A DNA stretch of 64,000 bases from Rebecca billardiae RCC1528. Lineage: Eukaryota > Protista > Haptophyta. Position 1 is the first letter of the stretch. The number at the start of each line of letters is the position of its first letter. A model generated the notes under the pieces. The model was given only the letters and a program-made list of their open reading frames with translations, was not told where the DNA came from and searched no databases. This document shows positions 36,478 to 49,196 of the stretch, piece by piece. The translations under genes were made by a program, and so were the position numbers. The stretch lies in the NCBI GenBank assembly GCA_965240325.2, contig OZ251227.1, positions 806,001 through 870,000 of the forward strand. Direction: 5' to 3'.

Positions 36478-37628
36478 GCCGCCAACCGGGTCCGGTGCCA
36501 GCCCCCTGACTGTGGTGACGAGCCCAGGCTAGAGTAGCTAGCATAATAGTGCCCAAACGGCCCAAGTCCTAGCCCTAGCTAGGTCATGCATCGATCATAC
36601 ACCATACTGTCCATACTTCGACCGCTGCACCTGCGCCATCAGCCCTGCTCACCCTGCTGGCCTGCCGAGATTGAGACGGCGCGTCTGCTTATTGAGCGGC
36701 GCGACTCCGAAGACAATCTGAATAAGCTAAAGAGTCGTGATGCGCGTCACCGTTCCGTGGCGTCGTTCACAGCACGACATTGTCACGACAACGCGGCAGC
36801 CATGAGCGCGCGGAGCCGCGCTACGGCGCGGGCCCGCGAAGCGCTCGCTGCTCGGTCAGGGATCAGTCGGTGCCTGCCGCAGCCGACAGCCGTGAGCCGC
36901 GTGCATGCCGCCTCCAGCCATCCAACTGTGCAGAGTTCGAGCAGAGCGGCAAGTGCGCACGCAGGCGTGCCCGTGAGACGAGCACTGCGGCCGGCACGCC
37001 GCACGGGGGAGTCGGGGACGGCAGGTCAGTCAAAGTGAGGTCAGACCGTCTGTCTGTCGAGTGTCGGCAGGAGGACCAGCCGCTAGCTACCATCACGAAC
37101 TAGGCTACCAATAGCGGCTGAGACTGCCATCTGACATCCTGCCCTGCCCCCTCGCCCTCCCAGGCTGGGGCTGGGGCTGGGGGCTGGGGCGTCACAGCAG
37201 GTCCAGGTGCGAGGGCCGAGGCGTGCAGCGCCGCAGGTTTATTTAGATCGCGCTACTGTACAGCAGCTCAAGCTGGGCTCATGCAGATTGTCATGCTTGT
37301 CATTGCTCATCGATATATCGCGGAGCGGGCACGGTCGCGGGTCGTCGGCGGTGCTTCACTGCTCTGCCATCACACTGCGACAAATAACACCAATGCGTAA
37401 TGCCGACCGCCGATACACCGTTCGGATCCTGAACGAAATGTTTAGCACTATAAGTAAGCGGAAAGGGCAATGTGATCAAGGCTCTGGCGTTGAAAGCGCG
37501 AGAGTCCGGAGGCGCACCGCACCGTGTAGTTTGGTAACTCTTTGGACGCTGCTGAGTGCTGAAAGTTTTCCTCGCAGTTTTCCTTGCACCCGCGTTCTGA
37601 CTCCCGCAATGTAAATCGCACTAGAAAC

Positions 37629-37631
<3 letters not shown>

Positions 37632-37685
<54 letters not shown>
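37632..37685. repeat. (AC)27 microsatellite, empty site for the 960-bp element
   Basis: Same flanks (ctagaaaccat / atgattactacggg) as 11324-12421. Confidence 0.95.
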
Positions 37686-37688
<3 letters not shown>

Positions 37689-37955
37689 ATTACTACGGGC
37701 AGGAAGACCTTGGATTACAACCGCAATCAAATATTATCAGCGGAGTGATACAGTCAAATGCATTATCTTTTCACACCTAAAGCCACCCACACAATATCCA
37801 GCCGAAATCCTGCCGCGCGCGCATTACATATCTTTTTTTGATTTGCGGACTCGCACAATGTGCGCCGCTGCCCATCCCCCGGCTTTCGCTCACGCTCAGC
37901 TTTTTGAGTTTGGGGGGGGGGGGGCAATGGAGGATACGCTGTAGCTAGTATCGCT

Positions 37956-38054
<99 letters not shown>

Positions 38055-39028
38055 AGAGAGAGAGAGAGATGAGAGACTCAGACTGAGCGAGAGTCGGCCC
38101 CGTCAGCGCGAAGCACGCACACAGGGCTGGTGCGGGGTAGGGGGCGCCCAGGCAGCCCGGCATGCCTGTAATCATATCAGCTATATACCGTATACGGGCG
38201 CTATATTTAGACTCGCCAGAGTCTAACGCCATCACAGTCACTGAGACGACCGTATTACACTGCAGTGGGCAGCAGGTTTATAGCCGCGTTATTTAGCCAG
38301 TAGCCACGACGGGACGGACGACTATCACGACTAAGTACGTCTAATAAGCAGGTGCCCCTGACGACTCAGACCTTGAGTCGTGAGTCGTCACTGACTACTA
38401 CTGATGATGAGTAACTACTGAGTACTGAGTCTGAGTCAGTGAGTGACACTGACAGGCCCTGCCCCTCGCGAGCACTCCAGGTCAGTCGGTCCCGCCGGTC
38501 CGACTCGTGACCCGCCAACGGATGCAGATGGTGACCCGACGAAGCAGGCGGATCTCGTCGTCGCCCGCGCTTCATGGTCAGAGCCATACGTCAACTCATC
38601 AAGCAAGCGTCGGGCGCAGCAGGTCACGCGTGACACGCGACCACACTCACTCTTGCTGTCACGTACAGCGCCCAACCCAGACCGGCGGTTGCGCACGCAA
38701 GTTCGTTGAGCACGCGATACTCACGATCAAGGGCCCCACCGGCAACCGTCTCCTGGGGCACACACGTCCGCTGCTGTTTCCAGAGCCAGTTCGGCGCCTG
38801 CACCACGCTGCTCTGCGCCCGCGATGCTCACCGAGTGCCACAACTGCGCAACACGCGCTGCTCCCGTAAGCGCAGGGCACCAGGTCGCAGCCGAGCTCAC
38901 CTGCGCACCGGGCGGCGCGCCAGCTAGTGTCGTCGACGAGCACGTGGCGCCATCACAGCGCGCGCCAACGAACAACCCACACGCCGCTCCCGAGAGCAGC
39001 ACGCCTGTTGCCCACAACAATCTCCAGT

Positions 39029-40492
39029 TCACGCGTGTTGCGCACGACGCGCCTGCTGCGGCTGCCGTAACAGGCTCCCTCGCGCGGCGGGCGCCGTCGC
39101 GCGCGCCGCGGCCGGCGGGCTGAGCCCGAGCACGAGCCAGAACCAGCTCACGCCCACGCTGGCGCTGAGCGCGACTGCGCCGAAGTAGCCGCTCGGCGTG
39201 CCGTCGTACGCCGCGGTGGCGGCAGCGGACGCGCCGGCCATCGTGATGCACATCATCGTCATCGCCACGCCCTCCGCGGTGCCTGCGACGTGCTCCCACT
39301 CGCTCAGGTAGAGCGCCTTGGCGGGCGGGTCCCACACGAAGCGCATCGTGTTGAGCACAACGGACGGCAGCGGCACCGCCCACCAGCCGACTGGCGCGCG
39401 GCGCGCGGCGGCGAGCGCGGCGAGCGCGGCGGTGAGCGCGTACGGCACCGTGCCCAGCTGCAGCACATCGAACGCGCGCACGCGCCTGCTCAGCGCGAGC
39501 GCGGCCGCGCTCCCGCCGATGCCGGCGAGGGGGAGGACGGTGAGGACCATCCCCGCGTGCACGGACGAGAGACCGTAGTGAGACATCAGCACCGCCGGCA
39601 TCAGCGTGATCTGGACCGCCACGGTGCCCATCGTGAGCGAGACGAACACGCTCAGGCCGACGTACAGCCGCGAGCCAAAGAGCACGCGCACGTCCGCGCA
39701 GCGGGCCGGCCGGCGCGCGCCCCGCGCCTCCTCGCCTTCGCCTTGCGCGGAGGCGGAGGACGTCATCGAGGAGGCGGAGGCGGAGGCGCCTGCAGCTCCC
39801 GGCGCGGCCGTCTCGCCGGCAGCGAGCGAGCCGGCCGGCGGCGGCATGGCCGCGTCGCTCACCGACCGCGAGTCGCTGCGACTCGCCCGCTGCGCTGCGC
39901 TCAGGAGGCCGTGCGCGGGCGCAGTCTCCGGCAGGGCGATCAGCGCCAGCGGCAGCACGGCCGCCACGACGGCGCCGAGGAGGACGAAGACGGCGCGCCA
40001 GCCAAGCGTGCTGCCCACCGCCGAGCCGATCAGCGGCGCGAGGACGACCAGTACGGAGCGCGCCACACCTATCGTCGCGTTCACGCGCGAGCGTTCGGCG
40101 ACGCTGTCGAGCATGTCGCGAGCTATCGTGCGCGCAAACACCTGCGCTCCCTGGCCGGTGCATTGCAGCGCGCGCCCGACGACGAGCCACGTGACCGTGG
40201 GCGCGCACGCGCATATGACCGAGCCGGAGACGAAGATGCCAAGCGCGGCAATCAGCGGCCCTCGCCGGCCGAGCGCATCGCTGATCGCGCCGGTGCCAAG
40301 CGTCGCGAGCGCGGCCACAATCCATCCGATCTGGAGTGTGCGCGAGACCTCCGCGAACGAGCAGTCCAAGTCGCGCATGATCGCCAGCACATTCGGCAAG
40401 TACATGTCGGTCATCACGGGCCCGAGCGCATCGGTGACCGTGATGATCCCCCACACCGCCCACGCGAGCGGCGTGCGCGCTGGGGGCTCCAT
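39029..40492 (-). CDS. DHA1/Bcr-like MFS transporter, copy B
   Basis: Translation identical to copy A. Confidence 0.9.
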   Translation of the reverse strand: MEPPARTPLAWAVWGIITVTDALGPVMTDMYLPNVLAIMRDLDCSFAEVSRTLQIGWIVAALATLGTGAISDALGRRGPLIAALGIFVSGSVICACAPTVTWLVVGRALQCTGQGAQVFARTIARDMLDSVAERSRVNATIGVARSVLVVLAPLIGSAVGSTLGWRAVFVLLGAVVAAVLPLALIALPETAPAHGLLSAAQRASRSDSRSVSDAAMPPPAGSLAAGETAAPGAAGASASASSMTSSASAQGEGEEARGARRPARCADVRVLFGSRLYVGLSVFVSLTMGTVAVQITLMPAVLMSHYGLSSVHAGMVLTVLPLAGIGGSAAALALSRRVRAFDVLQLGTVPYALTAALAALAAARRAPVGWWAVPLPSVVLNTMRFVWDPPAKALYLSEWEHVAGTAEGVAMTMMCITMAGASAAATAAYDGTPSGYFGAVALSASVGVSWFWLVLGLSPPAAARATAPAARGSLLRQPQQARRAQHA

Positions 40493-40661
40493 CCCGGCAT
40501 CGCCGGCCCTCGGATGCACGGGAAGGCTGTGTATTGTACGGCGTGCAAGTTCGCGAGTCGCGGGAGAAGCGAGATTGAGACAACTGTCTTCCGCAGCCGC
40601 GCGAGCACACTACACTAGCAAGGCCTTGACACTAGAGTCGCACACGACAACATCGCTGATG

Positions 40662-41770
40662 CAAGGGAGTCAAGGGTGCCCGCGCCCCAGTGGCGCGCTC
40701 GGCGGATGTTGGGATACACCTTTTTGCCCGCGGCCCTGCGGCGGCGGCGGCGATGGCGTGCTCCGCTGGCGGGGCGAGCGCACGGGGCACGGCGCTGCGG
40801 GCGCGGATGTGCCCGCGAAGCCGGCGCGTGCGGACGGGCTGTTGCGGGAGAGCATCTGGCGCCCTCCTGCGCCGCGCGACTTGCGCCACGCCTCTTTCGC
40901 CTCGGCTCAGAGCAGCGCGCACGCACGCGCCGCCTCAAGGCCAGCCTTGCCGCGCCGCAGCCGACCGCGCGCGCGCCGTGCGCGGCGTGGTCGGGAAGGA
41001 ACGGGCGCTGCTGCCGGGCGAGATGGCGACGTCATAGGCGCACGCCATGCCGCCCCGCCACGCCTTGACGAGAGTGTCGTCGGTCCGTTTGCACGCCTTT
41101 TCGACTTGTCACAAATGGTGTGCACTGCCTCGCGGTCGTGACCGTTGTCGGGACGATCATTGAGACACAGAACAGTGCCAGACGGGCACGCGGGCTACTC
41201 TTACATGAATGTTCATCACCGCGTGGTCATGTAGAAGTGCTGGGTGCGACGCTTTCCTCGCGCTGATGCTCTTTCATCATCTTCTTCGAGCTCAGGTCTG
41301 GCTTCAGGCACGGCAAGAAATCAGCACTCGTCAACAGCTGTGCGGATCCGTTCTCGTGCTCTTTCGCGGCGCCGCGGGGCGGCATGGCGTGCGCCCATGA
41401 CGTCGCCATCTCGCCCGGCAGCAGCGCCCGTTCCTTCCCGACCACGCCGCGCACGGCGCGCGCGCGGTCGGCTGCGGCGCGGCAAGGCTGGCCTTGAGGC
41501 GGCGCGTGCGTGCGCGCTGCTCTGAGCCGAGGCGAAAGAGGCGTGGCGCAAGTCGCGCGTCGCAGGAGGGCGCCCGATACTCTCCCGCAACAGCCCGTCC
41601 GCACGCGCCGGCTTCGCGGGCACATCCGCGCCCGCAGCGCCGTGCCCCGTGCGCTCGCCCCGCCAGCGGAGCACGCCATCGCCGCCGCCGCCGCAGGGCC
41701 GCGGGCAAAAAGGTGTATCCCAACATCCGCCGAGCGCGCCACTGGGGCGCGGGCACCCTTGACTCCCTTG
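40662..41770. mobile_element. Copy B of the 1109-bp CAAGGGAG element, core inverted
   Basis: Same site and TSD GCTGATG; core 41059-41373 is the reverse complement of 15791-16105. Confidence 0.92.
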
Positions 41771-41892
41771 GCTGATGGAAAGCAATAAGATCCCAGATCC
41801 CCCTTGGCCCGGGCCCCCGCCACCTTGTTTGCTGCCGTGCTTCATATGGGGGTACTACCCCATATGGTACTGGAGCTTTCGAGCGTCCTTTG

Positions 41893-42561
41893 ATGCGGCG
41901 GCGTTTGTTGGTGAACGGGCACGCTGAGCAAACCCGCGCGATGCGAGCCAAAAAGCCGACCACACTCGGTGCGACCGCGACGACGGGAGTGGCAGTCGCG
42001 TTCACGTGCGCCCTGGCAGCCGCGGTGCTCGATCTGCAAGACCGTTCGAAGTTCTTTCGCGAACTTGACGCCCACCTGCACTCGGCATCGTCGATCCTGG
42101 ACTTTGGCGGTGGTCGATGTGAATTAAGCGCGCACATCAATGGGCGCACCAACGTCACAACTGTCGACATTTACCGCGGCTGCGAGGACGCAGACACCTA
42201 CGACGGGCGCACGCTTCCCTACGACGACGGATCATTTGATGTGGTCGTGGCGTCCTTCGTTCTTCACCACATCCCACACCACCGCGACATCGTCCAAGAG
42301 CTTCATCGTGTGTCGCGCGGCAGTGTGGTAATCCTCGAGGACAACCCACGGACCCACGTGCACTGGGCGCTGACGCGGCTCCACTTTCTATTCTTCGGGC
42401 AGCCCATGTCCACCGCCGAGCACGTGAGACCGCCCACCTACTGGCTTCGCCTCTTAGGCGGGGGCTCCGGCCAAATCGATGGTGCCGTAGTACGGGAGCT
42501 GCCAACGGTCAGCTGGCTCAACCCGACGCCGCACGTGCTCATTGCGGTCGACTCGACGTGA
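41893..42561 (+). CDS. Class I SAM-dependent methyltransferase, copy B
   Basis: Translation identical to copy A. Confidence 0.9.
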   Translation: MRRRLLVNGHAEQTRAMRAKKPTTLGATATTGVAVAFTCALAAAVLDLQDRSKFFRELDAHLHSASSILDFGGGRCELSAHINGRTNVTTVDIYRGCEDADTYDGRTLPYDDGSFDVVVASFVLHHIPHHRDIVQELHRVSRGSVVILEDNPRTHVHWALTRLHFLFFGQPMSTAEHVRPPTYWLRLLGGGSGQIDGAVVRELPTVSWLNPTPHVLIAVDST

Positions 42562-42891
42562 GCTCATTAGGAGACCCGGTGTGCAGGCACCCTGCTCCTG
42601 GCAACCAGTGCCACAGCGGGTCAGAGCCGTCAGCCCGACTGGCGTGGCGCCATCCGGTCGTGCTCATGCCTGCCCGCACACGCGGGCCGCACAGGGCTGC
42701 GCGTTGGGGCCAGGCCGGCGGGCCAGCTCCGGTCACTGTCCGGGACGACTGTCAGCATGATGTGGGTTTCTTCATCTCCTGGGGGGTACGGGGATGGGGG
42801 GGGGGGGTCCCAGCCAATCGAAGCAGGACCAAATACGACTGCTTAGCAATATAGGGGCCGGGCTCCGGCTTCTGGTCCACCCCCCGCCCGG

Positions 42892-45800
42892 CATTGCGTT
42901 AATTTCTTGTGGGGCGAAACGAGTGTTCGCGAAAAAGGGAGGCTCTCGAAAATCACGAAAGCAGTGCTCCCATTGGCCGAAACGAGTGAACCATGTCACC
43001 CACATTTTGAGTAAAGTCCCATGAAAGACAATGAAAACTGAGCAGGTTGGAATCAGAGTCTCGCGAAAGCACTAATCATGTCAGCGAAGCAGAGGCCAAA
43101 GGCACACACGTCCAAAGCCGTAGATCCTGCAGGGAGGAGGCCGGGGGGCGACGACGAGTCCGGCGTATCAGAGGAACACTTTTGCGCGATTTCGTCAGAC
43201 GAGAGCGCTCACGCTTCCTTGATGGCGTTGAGTGCCAGCGGGATGTTGCAGGTCGTCGTTCATGAGCGTGGCGAAGGGAGCGTCCAACCCATGCTTATCT
43301 GCGCCCGGCTGCGTGGCCCTCTCCGTCTCGGTCACCGCTGCGCTGCACCACACCCTCTCCGCTGCCCGCTGCTGCAGGCCGACTGCGGCAGGCGGACTTG
43401 AGGACGCCGACGCCACAGGCCGACGAGGCGGCTACCGTCAGCCACGACCACTTTGTGGAGGCACGTGCTGTGCCATCCGTGCCGCGTGCAGCGGCGGCTG
43501 GAGCGCGGCAATCGCAGCCCGCCACGGCCTCGCTGGTGGCAGCGCATGCGCTGCATGCGGCATCAGAACGGCGCAGGCCCGGCGCGCCGGCGCTGTCGGT
43601 CGCGCTCGCGCTCGCCACTCAAGCAGCGGCGCCGTGATCGGTGATGGAACGGTGTGCCTGCTGGCCATCTGCGCGCAAGGCGCGGGGTCCTCGTGCAGAG
43701 CATGTCGACAGGCCGACAGTCAAGTAGGCGGAGGGTGCTTACCCGGCTCGGCGGTGAGCCTCGCCCGCGACTGCGCACATGAGGAGCGCGCGTGCATATC
43801 CACGGCGCATTGGGCGGCAGCTGGAGTGGCGCAGCCACATTCTGCCGCAGCGCCGCCCCGCGCTTCCACGCTGGCAGACGCGGCTTCGAACCGCCTCCGT
43901 CGCCGCCTCCACCGCAGCATGATTGGGATCCGCCGGAGAAGAACGACCGTGTCGCGCGCGGCCAGACCGCCATCATCGGCGCGCGGACGCGGACGGCGGC
44001 GGGGCCGCGGGTGTGACTCGCGGATGTATGCCGCCATCATGGTCTGTGACACTGCCTTCGGATGCCACGGGACCGAGTGCCGTCAATGACTGCGCGGGCC
44101 AAGGCCGCGGCCGGGCGACGCCTGCGCCGGCCACGCCGCCGCCGTCAGTCAGCTGTCCGACGACACCTGATCTGCGGTCGACGCCGGTCCCGCGGGCGCG
44201 GTGGCCTCGCCCTCGGACTTTTGACGAGCGCAACGGCTCGTTTTCTACATCATCACATATACGCTACTTGCAGCATCAGCGCGGCCGCGGCGTCCCCGTG
44301 GCCGTCTACTGCGTCATGCCGTCCGAGGCTGCTGAGTCTGATGACGATGACCTCTTTAGTCAGACCGTGCTGCCCGCGCGGGCCGCGCCGTTGATATGGT
44401 CCGGGATGTCGTCAATTGTCGATCGACACTGATGAGTGCGTCCGGCCGCCGTAACTTTAGTCTCCGACGACTCTGACTCCGCCGAGTAATTCTAACAACA
44501 ATGTAGTTATGGCGGCTGTCCGAGTCCCCGGCCGCGTCGACGTAGTGACGAACTCCGACGCTGCATGATTGATCTACTATGCTGATGCCAATCGTCGTGA
44601 GTGAGCCTGGTGTGAGTCGTGGTGAGCGCCGCCAGCAGGCGTCGACTGACGAGCCGCCAGCAGGCGTTGACTGACGAGCTGCGTACTACAGTATGACGAG
44701 ACGACAGTAATCGTCAGTATAGCTGCTGACACTAGACACTGTGATGTGATTATGATCACGTCGCCGCCGCCGCGCCGCTCGCCGGGAAGCAAGCACGTGC
44801 TCGATCACTCGATCAGCGTGGCGGAGAACCGCCTTACACTGCAGCAGAGTCACCGTATTTAGTCTGCTGCTGTCTGAATCTGATGCCATGCGAGGCACGC
44901 CGTGACGCCGCGGGCCGCCGCCGGTCGGCACGCGCGCCGGGTGAGGCACGCCGTGACGCCGCGGGCCGCCGCCGGTCACGGCACACGCGCCGAGTCACTC
45001 CGCGCCGGGTGCCCTGCCCCAGTACTACGTACGATATTATTCACTTTTAAACCGTAGGGCCGCAGGCGCTGATGAGCCTGTCAGGAATATACACGACTAT
45101 ACGACTACGGCATGCATGGTGATTGAAACGGAAGATCGAAGTGACTCCGATGAGACGTATGAGTGAGGATCGAATCGGATGAGCCCGCTATTCTGGGTGC
45201 CTCAGGCTGGCAGCCGTGGCCGTCGCGCGGAGCCCGACGCCAGCGCACTACGTCGTGGGCGCACGGATCTAAAAACCACTAGCTCGACGCTGCACGGGAA
45301 AAGTGGCGGTGCCCGGCGGCGCACAGACGCAGACTGCTATCATGATTATCAGAGCACGTTCTCACCGCCGGGCAGCACTGCACGAGAATAGTGCCGCGGC
45401 GGGGGTGCCTGTCGGCGCGGCGCACAGACACTATGATCATCGGATGATCATCGGAGCACGTTCTCACCGGGCAGCACCGTGGGATGGCCGTTATCGCCCT
45501 AGTCTTGGGCACCCCGGACCTGTACAGCAGCAGCCACCGCAGCTTCTTCCGCGCCTCGCCTCGTCGTCGGTGTTGAATGTGACTCGCGGCCGGCGCGCTT
45601 GGCAATGATGGCGTCACCAGCCGCCTCCGCGCAGAAGTGGCTTCGGTCAAAGTACACCAGCCTTGGCAAGGCAATGGGCTCTGACGGTGCTCCCGACCTG
45701 ACTGCACCACCCATGCTGTCGAGCAGTGACTGCGGCTGCAGGGAGCACTGCAAGAAGAGGTAGGACTCGATGCCCGCCATGCCCGACCCATCCATTTCCC

Positions 45801-46376
45801 GCTCGCGCGGGTTCTCGAGCGACGAGATGATCAGGGGCAGGGCGTGGCGGTGTTGATGGCCGCGCGAGAACTGGTTGATCACGAACCTGCATGAGCTGAC
45901 CACCGCATCTGTGGCTGCGGACACTCTGTTCGCTTCACGTGCTCCGCGCTGCGGAGCGCGGACTCCAACTGACCGGCCCGCCGCGCACGAGCAATTTACC
46001 GCGCAGCACCCGCTGGTCTTGGGCAACGGTCAACGCCCAGCCGCGTCCATCACCTTACTGCTTGGCGCCATTCTGCCACGCCGTGTTCGGACCGCAGCCC
46101 GAGCTGTAGTAGCGAGCAGGTGTTCGACCGGGAAAGGCCAGGGCGCCAGCTTCACCTCCCCTCGGTGGCTCGGTCGGAACTGGCGGAGCTGGAGCTGGTC
46201 CTCGAAGCGCGACGATGGGAAGATTGAAGAGTCCCTGCGGACCTCCCTATTACGGGAATCTTGCGCTCTCGAGCGCTATTGAAGGGTGTTAAAGCCTCAG
46301 CCAATCAGGGGCGGCCATGTTTTTTCCTCGACGTCTGCCAAACACTCGTTTCGGCCCACCTCAGATTAACGCAATG
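42892..46376. mobile_element. Second complete copy of the CATTGCGTTAAT/GG element
   Basis: Matches 19848-23332 at offset 23044. Confidence 0.72.
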
Positions 46377-49196
46377 GGAACCACGGCCTCAGTACTAGTC
46401 AGTGGCACTGGCAGAATTTAAATCAATTATAATGACCGCGTTCCGCAGTCCTCTTCCGTCAGAACCAACGTAGTTGGGGGCCCGCGGCGCAGCTGTGCTG
46501 TCACCCACGTTGAGCACACAATATACGCGCAGTATCCCAAGGCTCGCAGTCGTCGGGTGAGGACTGAGGTCGGGCCGCGCGGCGCGCGCGGCCGGCTGGC
46601 CGCGTGGTGGGTGGTGCGAGCATTCAGGTGGGGGCAGCAGAGCTTCGCAGGATGCTGATTCGCAGCTGCCAGAGCGTGCGCACGGCGTCTACCCGGCAAC
46701 TTGGCGGCCGCTCGCGTCTGAGCGCACAGCGCGCTCCAGCCGCAGGCGCAGAGCACCGTGACTGCCATCGGGTGCCACGGTTGAACGCGTGGTCGGGCCA
46801 CAGGCTACTGGTGGGCGCGCAAGCGGTGCCTAGCTGGCCCGCGGCCTCGGTGGCGTCGCGCACCACGCCTCCCGGCCCGCACCATCCTTCGGTGCTCGCA
46901 CCAGACTGGCTCGACAGGGGCACCCGGGTGCGCACATGGGCCCCGGCGAGCCCGCGGCGAGGATCCGCGTTCGCGGGCGCTTGCGAGGGAATTTCGGGGG
47001 TCGGAACCGCTCGGGCGGGACAGTGCCACCTGCCCCGCGAGGCGCGCACCCGCAAATCGCGACACGACACCCCGACTGGCCGCCGCGTGGCGGCGGCGGG
47101 CTAGGCCGTACGGTTTTGCCTCCGCGCCAAAGCAGGCAGGCGGATGCCCGAGCGGCGAGCAGGGCGGTCGGCCGCAGGAGCCGGGCCGCCTGCGAGCTGA
47201 AGGACGAGTTGGCTCCACCTCGGCTTCACGCCGGTGGCCAGCTCGCGCTCGTGCGCCCAGCAGCCCGCCCCCGGGCGTCGGGGGTCGGCTCGGCGAGGGG
47301 CGCGAGGGGGTCGCCTTCGCGACGCCTCGTCTCCCGGATGTACTGTCGTACAAAACGCGGGGATGACACGCGCCGCGCGCGCCCCCTCCGGCTCCGACTA
47401 ATACGGATAGCTGCGGCGGGTATTTTTCAATGTCTCGCACTATTGGAGTTGGTTGGACGATTATGTCAACGGTCGTTCTTGGCATCTTGCGGCGGCGAGG
47501 CCATATTATTTTACTATGGTCACACTACATTAACGAGAGTCTACCCACAATTACCCAGCCTGGCACACTTGGGCGTGGGTTTCGTTGATGATTCCTCTGT
47601 TCACTATTCAAGACGGCGGACGCGACCTTTTTCGACGCTAATCCATGTGTAAGGAGGTCTCAAAAAATCGAAACTCGGTCTCCTCCACTCTGGAAAACAC
47701 CGCCCAGTCCCTTTTTTCTTTGATCAAAGATCTTTTTGAAACGTGGTTAGGGCCCACGGAGCGGGCTCCACGCTGCGCGTTCCGCCCTGCACCGCGGGCC
47801 ATAATAAGTACTACAGTCTTAAATAGTCATCAGTCTACTTATAAGGAGTCTGTCGACTCAGACTGCGCGGGGCATTAGCAGCCTAATGATTAGCGGCCGC
47901 CCGCCGCGATTCGGATCAACGACTATCAAGTTGGCGCGCGGCTGCTAAGTCAGTGAGTCAGTGTCAGTGACAGTGTGACGACCGCCGCTGCCAGCCGATC
48001 GAGTTCGACTCCGAGTCAAGTCACTCAGTCAGTAGTCACTCAGTGGGCGACCGACGGAACTGTCATCAATGATGATGAGTGATTATTCGAGGCTGACTCG
48101 CGACTCTGACGATCAGCCATTGATTGTCATTGACAATCTCACAGTGCAGGAGTGGAATTTTCCGTGACGCTTCGGACGGTCCGCAGCTCGAGTCAGCGAA
48201 TCCGGTCTCGGCCGGACAGTGGAACTCGGGTGGAAGCCGCGACTTCGCGGCGGACGGAGCCTCAAACGAGCGGTGCCTCGGCTCGCGGCGCGATCTACTC
48301 GGCGAAGACCGACGAGGCTGCTCGCGGGCCCGACTATGCGTCGACGCGGGCTGGGGTCGTCTTCCGCGTGGCGCTGGGCAAGTTCCTCGCCGCCCTGACG
48401 GGTGCTCTCCTTTCGCCCTCACGGCGCGCGCGGTGCGTTTCGCGAGCTTCTTGCATGCACCGCCCGCGGTTGCGCCCGAGCCTGATGCTTCAGTCGACAC
48501 GGCAGGTGGCTCGCGCAGGGTGGGATTGTGTGCGGGTGCCGCTGGCGGTGCGTCTCACCCTCCTGAAATTGTGTGGGAGGCTGTGACATTGCACGCGTAC
48601 ACCCCGCCACGCCCGCGGCCCGCCCGCGCAAACGCCGCGCCGCGCAGTTGTCTTTGACCTCGAGCGAGCCTGAGGCGTGGAGGCGACCGACGGCGGGGTG
48701 CGACTTGCCCACCGACCCGAGCCGCATCACCCAGCGCAGCCTCGCCCGCGACGACGCTTCGCCTGGCTGCCACTGCTCAGCCGCGTGCAAGGCGGGCTGG
48801 GCGACGTCTTTGCCGAGCGCGGCTGCAGCGCAGCACGCGAGAGGCTGGAGCGCCATGACGCGGATGGCGGAGCGGGCTTTGGGCTGGCTGGCATGAGCCG
48901 CCAGGCTGTACCGTCCGCGCAGATCGCGCTCGGCCCGGCCGCAGCCCTCCTGAGCGCGCGCCTCAGAGCTGAGACTGATCACGTGCACGCGCACAAGCCA
49001 CACTGCCGTGGCTGTGTCGAGCAGCTGCGTGTGCTCGAGGCGCGGCGCTCGCACGGGCCACGCGGGCGCAGCGGGTGCGCGTAGCTGGCGCACGCAGTGC
49101 CACGTCCTGCCGCGCCAGTTTGGCGGCCGTCCGCCCCCCCGAGCTCGAGTTCTGCGCGCTTTGCGACGGCGCGGCCGGCCGCGCCCATCTTCATGC
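44458..49196 (+). repeat. Tandem segmental duplication, truncated copy C
   Basis: Matches 1-4739 at offset 44457 (SNPs G3233/C47690, T3695/G48152); identity stops abruptly after ...catcttcatgc at 49196. Confidence 0.96.
48140..49196. mobile_element. Truncated third copy of the CACAGTGC element (left 1057 bp)
   Basis: Matches 3683-4739, then breaks at the array boundary. Confidence 0.55.

Larger units (their letters stand above)
21414..44457 (+). repeat. Tandem segmental duplication, copy B (23044 bp)
   Basis: Matches copy A except a 4895-bp insertion, absence of the 960-bp and 2226-bp segments, an inverted MITE core, microsatellite length changes and few SNPs (e.g. T5242/C26655, T12629/C37893). 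Confidence 0.97.
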
